64,000 bases of DNA, from assembly GCA_964406505.1 (NCBI GenBank), contig CAYORX010000008.1:859-64858 (forward strand), read 5' to 3'. Below, piece after piece: positions 9,000 to 18,132 of the stretch. Under the pieces are notes generated by a model. That model ran no database searches and was not told the DNA's origin. It saw only the letters and a list, made by a program, of their open reading frames with translations. Positions within the stretch are counted from its first letter, which is position 1. The number at the start of each line of letters is the position of its first letter. Position numbers and translations under genes: made by a program. Origin of the DNA: an uncultured Eubacteriales bacterium. Lineage in GTDB: Bacteria > Bacillota > Sulfobacillia > Fermentithermobacillales > Fermentithermobacillaceae.

Positions 9000-10706
9000 T
9001 TGCAACGGAACTTACCTGCAACAATCCAAAGCGATGGTACCATATTGCTCGAGGTAAACAATCCTTATTACGAAGATGCCCGAGACATGATAATGCGGTT
9101 TTCTGATTTGGTCAAAAGCCCCGAATATATTCACACATACAAGTTATCTGTATTATCACTATGGAATGCCGCTTCTTGCGGCTTTACACCCGAAGAAGTA
9201 ATTGAAGGTCTCAATCAATATTCAAGATATCCATTACCTGAAAATATTATAGTCCATATCTACGATACAATGAAAAAGTTCGGGATCATCAAACTCACAC
9301 GCGAAAACGATAGATTCTTGCTTACTTCCTCTGATGAATTCATTATGGAGGAAATAAGACGGTCTGATAAAATGCTCCCTCACATTGAAAAGGTAACAGG
9401 AAAAGATTCATTAATTATAAAACCACATACCCGGGGATTAGTTAAGCAAATTCTCATAAAAATGGGCTATCCATGTGAAGATCTTGCAGGATATACTCGC
9501 GGGGATCCAATTGAAATGTCTTTACGCAAAAACACAGCTGATGGAACACCTTTTGGTCTTCGACAATACCAAAGAGCAGCTCGCGATTCTTTCTGGGCAA
9601 AAGGTAGCGTTAGGGGTGGCAGTGGCGTAATTGTACTGCCATGCGGAGCTGGCAAAACCATCGTCGGCATGGGAGTCATGGAACTTATAGGAGCCCAAAC
9701 TTTGATTCTCACTACAAATGTTATAGCGCTTAGACAATGGATAGCTGAACTTCTTGATAAAACCGATCTTACAGATGATATGGTAAAAGAATATAGTGGC
9801 GAGAAAAAGGATGTTGGTCCCGTAACCGTTACCACATATCAAATTCTTACGTACAGAAAAAGAGGTACTGTTGAAGAAATTTATCCTCACTTCACTTTAT
9901 TCAATGAAAGAAACTGGGGACTTATAATCTACGATGAGGTACATCTTTTACCGGCTCCGGTATTCAGGATCACCGCCGACTTGCAAGCTAGGAGAAGGTT
10001 GGGTCTCACAGCTACGTTGGTTAGGGAAGACGGACGTGAAGACGATGTGTTTAGTCTGATAGGACCAAAAAAATTTGATAAACCTTGGAAGGAGTTAGAA
10101 GCACAAAATTGGATCGCAGCTGCCCAATGTCACGAAATTAGAGTTGAACTGTCGCAGGAAAGCCGAATGGACTACCATACAGCGGGAGAAAGGGATAAAT
10201 ACAGAATTGCCGCAACCAGCGCAGAAAAATATCCTATTGTTGCAGAAATCGTTAAACGGCACTCTGATGATCAAATCCTGGTGCTAGGACAATATATTGA
10301 ACAACTAAATTACATATCTGAAATGCTTGGTGCACCTATGATATACGGCCAAACCCCTAATAAGACCCGCCAAGAACTATACGCCAAATTCAGAAAAGGT
10401 CTTATTAAAGTTTTGGTAGTATCCAAAGTAGCGAATTTTGCGATAGATCTTCCCGACGCCAATATAGCTATACAAGTCTCCGGCACTTTTGGATCTCGCC
10501 AAGAAGAAGCACAGCGCCTTGGAAGAATTCTTCGCCCCAAGCCTTTGGGCGAATGCGCAACTTTTTACACTATAGTTACCCGAAACACGAAAGATCAAGA
10601 ATTTAGCCAAAAAAGACAACTTTTTTTGACCGAACAAGGTTATAAATATACGATTTGGGAAAGCCAAAATTTTCTTAACCAACTGGAAAGGGGAATCAGG
10701 GAATGA
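9000..10706 (+). CDS. XPB/Ssl2(ERCC3)-type SF2 DNA helicase
   Basis: The N-terminal XPB-type domain reads YKLSVLSLWNAASCGFTPEEVIEGLNQYSRYPLPENI. Helicase motifs are the Walker A LPCGAGKT, the DEVH box (IYDEVHLL) and TATLVRED. Helicase-C motifs are also present (QVSGTFGSRQEEAQRLGRILR). AGGAGG lies 7 nt upstream of the TTG start. Confidence 0.85.
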   Translation: MQRNLPATIQSDGTILLEVNNPYYEDARDMIMRFSDLVKSPEYIHTYKLSVLSLWNAASCGFTPEEVIEGLNQYSRYPLPENIIVHIYDTMKKFGIIKLTRENDRFLLTSSDEFIMEEIRRSDKMLPHIEKVTGKDSLIIKPHTRGLVKQILIKMGYPCEDLAGYTRGDPIEMSLRKNTADGTPFGLRQYQRAARDSFWAKGSVRGGSGVIVLPCGAGKTIVGMGVMELIGAQTLILTTNVIALRQWIAELLDKTDLTDDMVKEYSGEKKDVGPVTVTTYQILTYRKRGTVEEIYPHFTLFNERNWGLIIYDEVHLLPAPVFRITADLQARRRLGLTATLVREDGREDDVFSLIGPKKFDKPWKELEAQNWIAAAQCHEIRVELSQESRMDYHTAGERDKYRIAATSAEKYPIVAEIVKRHSDDQILVLGQYIEQLNYISEMLGAPMIYGQTPNKTRQELYAKFRKGLIKVLVVSKVANFAIDLPDANIAIQVSGTFGSRQEEAQRLGRILRPKPLGECATFYTIVTRNTKDQEFSQKRQLFLTEQGYKYTIWESQNFLNQLERGIRE

Positions 10707-12295
10707 ATCTAAAAGAAGCTCTTGCAGACTTACCCGTTGAACGTCTTAATTCCATAGCACACTTTTATGGAATTGTTCAGTCAGATAGTATGACGTTAAC
10801 AAACGCTAATCACAAGTCAAGAGTATCTGATTTGCTCTCTGCTCATCTCCTTATTCCTGCAAACGCATTGGTTGCCATGAAAGGGTTGAACGAAGAAGAA
10901 ATTTTAGCACTGCGTATGATAACCATTGCTGGCGGGGGAACAGGTGTAATTATAGAACAATGCCACCAGAAACTTAACCAATTGTCTAGGAAGTGGCGCC
11001 GAAACGGATTTAAGGTCATAGAAAATCTTATAACCAGAGGACTCACTTTTACCAGACGGGAGGGTTACAGACAAGTATACTTCGTTCCGAAAGATTTGCG
11101 GAGCATACTTGCAGACTTTTTTCTAACTGACATCTTCCAAAATGCCAGCATCGACCCTGAGCGTTTTACTCCTCGATATAAACACGATTTTGCCGCACCG
11201 CTTCGGCATATATGCCTTCTTTTATCGTATATACGTAAAAACGAGGTAAAAGTCACTCAAGCCGGCACGATATTCAAAAAATCTCAAGAGGATTTAGCCG
11301 TGATTATAGAAGAAGACGAGCTTACCCTAGGCCAATCCTTTTTCCCTGTGAGATATCCACCAAGACTTGCATTCCTTTTATATTTTGCAAAATCCAATAG
11401 TTTGTATGAGGAAAAGGATAATGTTTTGAAACTTAGGGCTGAATCGAAAAAATGGCTTGGCGCTTCGTATTCCGAATGGCGCAAAGATCTATATAAATAC
11501 TGGCTGCGTACTTTCATATCTCAGGATTCGGATTTGCAAACCATATTTTGGATAATTGCTAACTCATCTGAAGGTACGATAATATCAATTTCTTCCCTAC
11601 TTGATGAAATGAAAGTGCTATCAACAAGTCATTCATCTCATGGGTTAAGTTTGAGAGTAGAGAAAAATTTGATTGACGTTTTGGAATATTTGGGGGGTAT
11701 TGAAGTCTCTTTGTTCAGAAATGACATTTTGGTTAGAGTAACTAAAACAGGAAGATCGCTTTTCACCGGCACACCTTTGTCCGATGAAAAGTTTGATACT
11801 GAAATTTATGTACAATCTAATTTCGAAGCGCTTGTCCCGTGTACCATTGAGCCAAGAATTTTATGGTCAATAGATGCATTTGCCCAAATAACAAAAGTTG
11901 ACCAAATGATGGTCTACAAATTATCGCGAGATTCTGTGTACCATGCCCTGCTCCATGGCTATACTCCGCAGACAATTGAAAACCTACTTAAGAAGCACTC
12001 AAAAACTCCGCTACCGCAAAATGTGAGTTACTCTATTATTCAATGGGGTACCTCTTATGGGCGAATAGAATTTGAAAATGTTATTTTACTCAAATGTGAT
12101 ACTGAAGATCTTGCCGAAGAACTTATGCTGTCTCCTAAAATTGAAACTTTCATTGAGAAAAAAATAGGGCCACAGTACCTTGTGGTAAACAAAAATTCCT
12201 ATCAATCTTTGGTAAATGCACTATCAGATGAAGGTTACATGCCTAAAGTCAAACCCAACAAATCCCAGGCCATCACTGATTCAAATCATACTTGA
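10703..12295 (+). CDS. XPB-associated protein of unknown function; its C-terminus repeats the XPB N-terminal domain
   Basis: The ATGA start/stop overlap with the helicase gene indicates translational coupling. The C-terminal segment MVYKLSRDSVYHALLHGYTPQTIENLLKKHSKTPLPQNVSYSIIQWGTSYGRIEF aligns by eye with the XPB N-terminus (HTYKLSVLSLWNAASCGFTPEEVIEGLNQYSRYPLPENIIVHIYDTMKKFGIIKL). Confidence 0.7.
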   Translation: MNLKEALADLPVERLNSIAHFYGIVQSDSMTLTNANHKSRVSDLLSAHLLIPANALVAMKGLNEEEILALRMITIAGGGTGVIIEQCHQKLNQLSRKWRRNGFKVIENLITRGLTFTRREGYRQVYFVPKDLRSILADFFLTDIFQNASIDPERFTPRYKHDFAAPLRHICLLLSYIRKNEVKVTQAGTIFKKSQEDLAVIIEEDELTLGQSFFPVRYPPRLAFLLYFAKSNSLYEEKDNVLKLRAESKKWLGASYSEWRKDLYKYWLRTFISQDSDLQTIFWIIANSSEGTIISISSLLDEMKVLSTSHSSHGLSLRVEKNLIDVLEYLGGIEVSLFRNDILVRVTKTGRSLFTGTPLSDEKFDTEIYVQSNFEALVPCTIEPRILWSIDAFAQITKVDQMMVYKLSRDSVYHALLHGYTPQTIENLLKKHSKTPLPQNVSYSIIQWGTSYGRIEFENVILLKCDTEDLAEELMLSPKIETFIEKKIGPQYLVVNKNSYQSLVNALSDEGYMPKVKPNKSQAITDSNHT

Positions 12296-12298
12296 AAA

Positions 12299-12724
12299 TC
12301 AACTAGTTTCAACAGATCTTGCTACTGGTTTATATTTTCCGGATTTTAAACTTAAAGCATCATATTGTTTGAGCCAAAAGAAATAAGCCATTGGACTGCC
12401 GACCGCCAACGTTCTAGCCCAAATTAATGCACTTCCCACCAGTTGGCCTAACAGCCACCCTATCGCATATCCTACACCGCAAAACAGCAAAGGTAGCATA
12501 TAAACCAAAAATGAAAGGCGCAAAACATGAGTGTCTGGAAGTTCTAGTTTAACAGTATCGCCAATCTTAAGATTTCCTACTTTTACTGCTTCTACAACTA
12601 TCGATTCAGTATCCGCAGATATATAGCCAGCACAGCGGCCACAATCTTTACAAGAACCCTTTCTATTTACCCTAACCATGACCGATTGATTTTTAACCGA
12701 AATTACTATCCCCGTTTCTACCAT
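12299..12724 (-). CDS. RseC/MucC-family (SoxR-reducing-system-like) small membrane protein
   Basis: The N-terminus GIVISVKNQSVMVRVNRKGSCKDCGRCAG is the typical RseC barrel with a Cys pair. It is followed by two hydrophobic helices. Confidence 0.65.
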   Translation of the reverse strand: MVETGIVISVKNQSVMVRVNRKGSCKDCGRCAGYISADTESIVVEAVKVGNLKIGDTVKLELPDTHVLRLSFLVYMLPLLFCGVGYAIGWLLGQLVGSALIWARTLAVGSPMAYFFWLKQYDALSLKSGKYKPVARSVETS

Positions 12725-12761
12725 TTGCTACCTCCATATGGGCGAAATCGTATTAACGCAT

Positions 12762-13901
12762 CTAAAATAAAATTTTGTGCCTCTGCCAGCTTACATTGAG
12801 TACAAGCCCAATGGCAAAGGCATTTACTACCGATGCAGTTCCACCATAGCTCAAAAATGGCAGGGGTATACCAGTAACCGGCGCAATGCCCATAGTCATA
12901 CCTATATTGATTAAACTTTGAAATAAGATCATTGAAAGAACGCCGCCGGCGATTAAAGCACCCTCTTTGTCGGCAGATGTAAACGAGGCACACAAGCAGC
13001 GGTACAAAATAAATACATAAGTGCCGAGCACTACCATAGTGCCCACAAATCCCAATTCTTCACCAACCACCGAGAAGATAAAGTCTGTTTCTTGATGAGG
13101 TATAAAATTCAGCCTGTTCTGGGTACCCTTTCCAAGCCCTTTACCCCAAATCCCTCCAGACCCTATACCAATTTTGGATTGTAATACTTGATATCCCTTA
13201 CCGAGTGGATCCTTTTCCGGATTGAATCCTGATACAATTCTATCAATCCAATGCTTTTCAATCGGTAAAGGAATGTCTGCATATAAATACAATCCGCATA
13301 AAATGGCAAGTACAACAACACTTATTACGACCAATGTAATTAGTAGTTTAGCTTCTGTACCCGAAAAATATAACATTCCGGTGGCGATAGCCAATATTAC
13401 CAGAGTAGTACCTAAATCAGGCTGTTTAAGAATAAGAAATGCCGGAAAAGCTAACCAACTGTAAAACGAAACTGCGGGCCATATAGATTGAATCGGCATA
13501 TCTTTAATACATAGCATTCGCGCTGCAAACAGTATTGTAGACAGTTTAAATAACTCAGACGGTTGCAAATCGAAAAATCCTAACGGGATCCATCTCGTGG
13601 AGCCGTAAGCAGTCCTGCCCATAAAAAATACTGCAATAAGCAACAACACATTTATACCCAACAACCAAGGAGACGACCGAACCAAATCGCGGTAATCAAT
13701 AAATGTGCCAATACACATCATAACTAAAGACAATGCCAACAAAATCAGCTGTTTTTTGAGATAATAATGTCCTTCAGCTGAATTAGTTGCACTATCTATC
13801 AGCGGTAAAGACAAAATCTCAAGGAACAATACGGCGAATAAAAGATAAAAATCTATACGCCGTACCGCCTTTTTTTCAATTCTGATACTAGGCAGTTCAA
13901 T
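12762..13901 (-). CDS. rodA: Rod-shape-determining SEDS glycosyltransferase (FtsW/RodA/SpoVE family)
   Basis: The product is polytopic with motifs PSELFKLS, GKGLGKGTQ, HQETDFIFSVVGEELG and PLPFLSYGGTA. The first canonical start (TTG at 13829) would delete the first TM helix. The frame stays open upstream (ELPSIRIEKKAVRRIDFYLLFAV) with only ATT, ATC, ATA or CTG available. The end coordinate 13901 (ATT overlapping the minE TGA) is my best guess. The minimal ORF is 12762..13829. Confidence 0.85.
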   Translation of the reverse strand: MELPSIRIEKKAVRRIDFYLLFAVLFLEILSLPLIDSATNSAEGHYYLKKQLILLALSLVMMCIGTFIDYRDLVRSSPWLLGINVLLLIAVFFMGRTAYGSTRWIPLGFFDLQPSELFKLSTILFAARMLCIKDMPIQSIWPAVSFYSWLAFPAFLILKQPDLGTTLVILAIATGMLYFSGTEAKLLITLVVISVVVLAILCGLYLYADIPLPIEKHWIDRIVSGFNPEKDPLGKGYQVLQSKIGIGSGGIWGKGLGKGTQNRLNFIPHQETDFIFSVVGEELGFVGTMVVLGTYVFILYRCLCASFTSADKEGALIAGGVLSMILFQSLINIGMTMGIAPVTGIPLPFLSYGGTASVVNAFAIGLVLNVSWQRHKILF

Positions 13902-14160
13902 CGTTAGCTTTTCCTCTCTTTCTTACAGATCTTAAGGGTATATTAGCTATCAAAGCTTTTCTGTCGTCATGACCCTTCCATTCAAATTCAAGCCCATCTT
14001 CATCGATCTCCACAAATTGGGAAATCGCATTGATTACAGCATCTTTCATTTGCTCCATGGTATGAGGGGCAAGGGCTAGCCTGTCTTGCATTAAAACGAG
14101 CTGCAACCTATCTTTGGCTACATCTTTAGAACGTTTTTTCTTGCTAAACCACCTAAACAA
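13897..14160 (-). CDS. minE: Cell division topological specificity factor
   Basis: The 87-aa product contains KDRLQLVLMQDR and lies downstream of minD. Confidence 0.9.
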   Translation of the reverse strand: MFRWFSKKKRSKDVAKDRLQLVLMQDRLALAPHTMEQMKDAVINAISQFVEIDEDGLEFEWKGHDDRKALIANIPLRSVRKRGKAND

Positions 14161-14172
14161 GTTTGTACCCCC

Positions 14173-14985
14173 TTACTCCGCCTTGAACAAATGAAGCAAT
14201 TTTGCCCAAAAACTTTCATGTTCGTTTAAATCTAACAAAGGCACATCTTCCCCCAACAAACGGCGTGCTACATTCAAGAAAGCTGCACCGGCTTTTGATT
14301 TATCAGCAGCCAAAACAGCAGGTTCCCCACGATTAGTCGAAATAACTATATACTCATCGTCAGGTATAACTCCCATAAGATCTACGGCGAGAATGTCTAT
14401 TATATCGGGTATGTCCATCATGTCGCCCCGGGCAACCATTTTAGGCTTTAATCTATTAACAACCAGTCCCGGACTTTCAAAACCGTTCGCTTCGAGCAAT
14501 CCGATTATTCTGTCGGCATCTCTCACAGCAGATACTTCTGGGGTAGTTATGATTAGGGCTTTATCGGCTCCCGCAACCGCATTTTTGAACCCTTGCTCAA
14601 TACCCGCAGGACAATCAACCAATATGTAATCATGATCATCTTTCAACTGAGCGATCAAATCTTTCATCTGCTCCATGGTTATAGAAGTTTTGTCTTTAGT
14701 TTGGGCCGCAGGCAGTAAAAACAAACTATCTAGCCTTTTGTCTTTTATCAAAGCTTGCCTAAGCCTGCAAAAGCCTTCAACTACGTCTACGAGATCATAT
14801 ACTATACGATTTTCAAGCCCCATTACTACATCTAGATTTCTTAGCCCAATATCTGCATCAACGAGAACAACTTTATGCCCCAAAGATGCAAGAGCCACTC
14901 CCAAATTTGCGCAAGCTGTCGTTTTTCCCACGCCGCCCTTGCCGGAAGTGATCACTATTGCTTCACTCAACGTTCTCCCTCCCAA
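14173..14985 (-). CDS. minD: Septum site-determining ATPase
   Basis: The deviant Walker A SGKGGVGKTT is present, with a C-terminal amphipathic helix (FWAKLLHLFK). Confidence 0.95.
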   Translation of the reverse strand: MGGRTLSEAIVITSGKGGVGKTTACANLGVALASLGHKVVLVDADIGLRNLDVVMGLENRIVYDLVDVVEGFCRLRQALIKDKRLDSLFLLPAAQTKDKTSITMEQMKDLIAQLKDDHDYILVDCPAGIEQGFKNAVAGADKALIITTPEVSAVRDADRIIGLLEANGFESPGLVVNRLKPKMVARGDMMDIPDIIDILAVDLMGVIPDDEYIVISTNRGEPAVLAADKSKAGAAFLNVARRLLGEDVPLLDLNEHESFWAKLLHLFKAE

Positions 14986-15713
14986 CGACTTCCATCTAAC
15001 GGTTCTACCAAAATTACTCCATCTTCAAGTTTTGCAACCTCCGGCTCTTTTGGGATTCCTAAATCACCCTCTGGAGGCCGCCCAATGACGTCGCCAATTC
15101 TAATTTGAGTAGGTGCCAGGCGAAAAGCGACAATTACTACCTCTGTATTCCCACTTGCACCCGCATGTGCCAACCCCCTGAGACTACCCATAATAATTAT
15201 GTCACCTGCAGCCCTTATTTCAGCACCGGGATTAACATCTCCTACAATAACCACATTACCTTCATGCACGATGCGTTGTCCCGACCTTAAAGTTCCTTTG
15301 TATAATATCGTTTCCGGGTTGTTTAGTCCTGTAGTCCAATCCGCTAGAGACCTTTTCCTTTGGGCCATTGCCTTTATTTTTGGCGACGATGTCCTTTGCT
15401 GTTTTTCGACAGATTTTGCAATTTTTTGATTTTTCAAGATCGGTTCTTGGGTTCCATGTATAATTTTCTTAAGTCGCAACCCATGGGGAAAAGCAAGTAT
15501 ATTTTGAATCTCTAGAACTTGATCAATCGAAAAACCTAAGTCTCCTATATCCAACACGACATCGGCACCTTGGAAGAATAGTTCGGCTTTTTGCAAATGT
15601 GCTTGTAGCTTTTGCTTCAAAATGTCAAAGTCTTGTTGATCATTAAAAATAAGTTGGAGACCATCTTTATTGCCCCTAAATATCACATCTTGCTTCCGAG
15701 TCATTACACGCAC
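14967..15713 (-). CDS. minC: Septum site-determining protein MinC
   Basis: The C-terminal beta-helix repeat reads GNVVIVGDVNPGAEIRAAGDIIIMGSLRGLAHAG. The gene lies upstream of minD. Confidence 0.85.
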   Translation of the reverse strand: MRVMTRKQDVIFRGNKDGLQLIFNDQQDFDILKQKLQAHLQKAELFFQGADVVLDIGDLGFSIDQVLEIQNILAFPHGLRLKKIIHGTQEPILKNQKIAKSVEKQQRTSSPKIKAMAQRKRSLADWTTGLNNPETILYKGTLRSGQRIVHEGNVVIVGDVNPGAEIRAAGDIIIMGSLRGLAHAGASGNTEVVIVAFRLAPTQIRIGDVIGRPPEGDLGIPKEPEVAKLEDGVILVEPLDGSRWEGER

Positions 15714-15725
15714 ACCTCCCCATGA

Positions 15726-17600
15726 TCAATCTTCTGCCACCCGCTCCGCATGTGATTGATACCCCAAAATCTCTACAGACTTATCGAAAATCTCTCTAGC
15801 TATGGGAGCAGCTACTGTAGAACCAGAACCACCTTGATCTACTACCACTGCTAATACGATTTCCGGATCTTCATAGGGGCCGAATGCTACAAACCAAGAA
15901 TGATCCTCACCTAATGGATTTTGAGCAGTGCCCGTCTTTCCACCTATTTTTATCGGACAATCATAAAACGTCCAATAGGCTGTGCCTTCGATTTCTGTTG
16001 TCACTTTGAGCATTCCTGCCATTACGATATCAAAAACACTCTGATCGACTTGCAGTTCTCCTGCTATCTCTGGCAAAAATTCCTCCACTACATTGTTTTG
16101 GGAATCTAATATCTTATTTACAAGCCTTGGTTTCATTCTTACCCCATTATTTACAATCGCTTGGGTTGCAGAAGCCATTTGAATAGGGGTATACATGTGA
16201 AAAGTTTGACCCATAGCAGTCATCATATGTTCAGAAAACAAAAATTCAGGCTGTGCCACCCTGCCTTCACCATAAGCTTTTTGTTTCCATTCGGTGCTTG
16301 GAACCGTACCGTAATTTTCGCCATAAAGGTCTATTCCGGTTTTTTCCCCCAACCCTAAAGCGCGGCAATATTGTGCAAGGGTATCTACCCCAAGGCGCCT
16401 ACCCATTTCATAAAAGTATGTATTGCATGAAACTTTCAATGCCTTTTCCATGTTAACGTAACCGTGGCCCCCTCGTTTGTGACAAATCAATGTCGGTACA
16501 GAAGGATGATAACCAGGGTCAAAAAACTCCTCGAATTGATCTGTTTTTTCTTCGGCAAGCGCTGCAACTGCCGTTACTATTTTGAAAGCTGAACCCGGAG
16601 GATATAATCCGGTCGTAGCTAAATTTGAAAACCGCCATTTGCCTGAATTGATGTTGTCGTTCAATTCTTTAGCACTAATTCCGGAAATCAAAGCATTAGG
16701 ATCAAACCCGGGCATCGAGGCAATAGCTAAAACTCCACCTGTCTTGGCATTTAGAACAACGGCAGACCCACCTACGGCTTTTTCGTTCTTTTCAAGCGCG
16801 CTTTTCAATGAATCTTCAACAGCCCGTTGAAAATCCAGATCTATTTCCAATTGGAGTGAGTTTCCAGGTTCAGGTTCGATACCAGGACCTTGATTACCTG
16901 TAGGTCTTCCCCTATAATCAACCTCAACCTGATAACCTCCGTTTATACCTCTTAGAACATGTTCGTAATATAATTCCAGGCCCTGTTGACCTACTATATT
17001 ACCCATTCGGTAATCCCGCCAAGAAGGATCATCTAACTGAGCACGTGTGATCTCAGCGACATACCCAGTAGTCGTACTGGTAAGTTCATTCTCAGGATAA
17101 TACCGAATAGGCTGTGGGTCAATGAAAACACCTGGCAAGGTCGGCGAATTTTCGACGATTTTTGTGTAGACCTCAGGAGTGATGTCCTTAGCAATAGCAA
17201 CAGGCTCAAAGTACCTGCCTTGGTGCAACTCAACTTTGTCCTGAATCTCGGCCAGTTCAACATCAAGTATATCTGCTAAACGCGAAAGCGTTTTCTCGGC
17301 TTCACCCTCATCCATATACCAATAAAACACTGAGAAAGCAGGTCGGGAAGTTGCTAAAAGTTTACCATTTCGATCGACTATTTCGCCCCTAGGGGCAAGG
17401 ATTGGAGTTATTCTCAGATAATTCTCTTCAGAAAGAGTACGGTACCTTTCACCTTTTATGACTTGAAGATTGAATAGTTGCGACACAAGAAATATAAAAC
17501 TTATGATTATGGTTACTAAAACCCATTGCCTAATTCTTTTTAATTGACGTAGAGGTAAATTAGGCGAACTATCTTCTCTATTTTTATAGGCGGGATTCAT
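15726..17600 (-). CDS. mrdA: Penicillin-binding protein 2 (class B transpeptidase)
   Basis: An N-terminal TM anchor is followed by the SxxK (GSAFK), SxN (SCN) and KTG (GKTGTA) motifs. The gene lies between mreD and minC. Confidence 0.9.
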   Translation of the reverse strand: MNPAYKNREDSSPNLPLRQLKRIRQWVLVTIIISFIFLVSQLFNLQVIKGERYRTLSEENYLRITPILAPRGEIVDRNGKLLATSRPAFSVFYWYMDEGEAEKTLSRLADILDVELAEIQDKVELHQGRYFEPVAIAKDITPEVYTKIVENSPTLPGVFIDPQPIRYYPENELTSTTTGYVAEITRAQLDDPSWRDYRMGNIVGQQGLELYYEHVLRGINGGYQVEVDYRGRPTGNQGPGIEPEPGNSLQLEIDLDFQRAVEDSLKSALEKNEKAVGGSAVVLNAKTGGVLAIASMPGFDPNALISGISAKELNDNINSGKWRFSNLATTGLYPPGSAFKIVTAVAALAEEKTDQFEEFFDPGYHPSVPTLICHKRGGHGYVNMEKALKVSCNTYFYEMGRRLGVDTLAQYCRALGLGEKTGIDLYGENYGTVPSTEWKQKAYGEGRVAQPEFLFSEHMMTAMGQTFHMYTPIQMASATQAIVNNGVRMKPRLVNKILDSQNNVVEEFLPEIAGELQVDQSVFDIVMAGMLKVTTEIEGTAYWTFYDCPIKIGGKTGTAQNPLGEDHSWFVAFGPYEDPEIVLAVVVDQGGSGSTVAAPIAREIFDKSVEILGYQSHAERVAED

Positions 17601-18132
17601 GGTCTATTCCCCCTATTTTGGTCTTTGTCTCATCGGGTAAAACTATACAAAGTATGTTAAGCAGGCCTTTTATCAAAAAATTGACAGGTACAATAAGGAC
17701 AAATGGCCAAGCCATGCTATAAGGTAATATTTCACGAATAAAAAATCCTGAGTCAAAAGGCAGATCCATAAAGTATATCAACATATACGCGGTACAATCT
17801 CCTGCACCGGTGGCAATCGAAGCAGCAATACTGCCAGAAAACAACATAGAGGGGTTTAAAAACTGACGCATCCACGACATTATGGTAGAAACTACAGTTA
17901 ACACGAAGGCCGAAAATCCAACCACGCGACCTATGAACATATCTTGAATAAATCCAATACCAAAGCCTATAACAGCACTTATAGGTAAGGGATTTAACCA
18001 TCCCGCAGAACACGCAAGTACCAAACCCAAATCTAAAGTCCTTGTAGTTTTAAGGTAAACGAACTGAAAAAGTAGTGCCAAAGGTGTTAAGATACCGTAA
18101 GAAATAAAAGAGCGAATGGTTTCTCGATTCAT
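17584..18132 (-). CDS. mreD: Rod shape-determining protein MreD
   Basis: This is a 182-aa polytopic membrane protein immediately after mreC. Its start overlaps the mreC stop. Confidence 0.8.
   Translation of the reverse strand: MNRETIRSFISYGILTPLALLFQFVYLKTTRTLDLGLVLACSAGWLNPLPISAVIGFGIGFIQDMFIGRVVGFSAFVLTVVSTIMSWMRQFLNPSMLFSGSIAASIATGAGDCTAYMLIYFMDLPFDSGFFIREILPYSMAWPFVLIVPVNFLIKGLLNILCIVLPDETKTKIGGIDHESRL

Noticed and set aside
9467-9890. Two 122-aa minus-strand ORFs inside the XPB helicase gene
   Set aside because: They are antisense to helicase motifs I-II and have no independent support.
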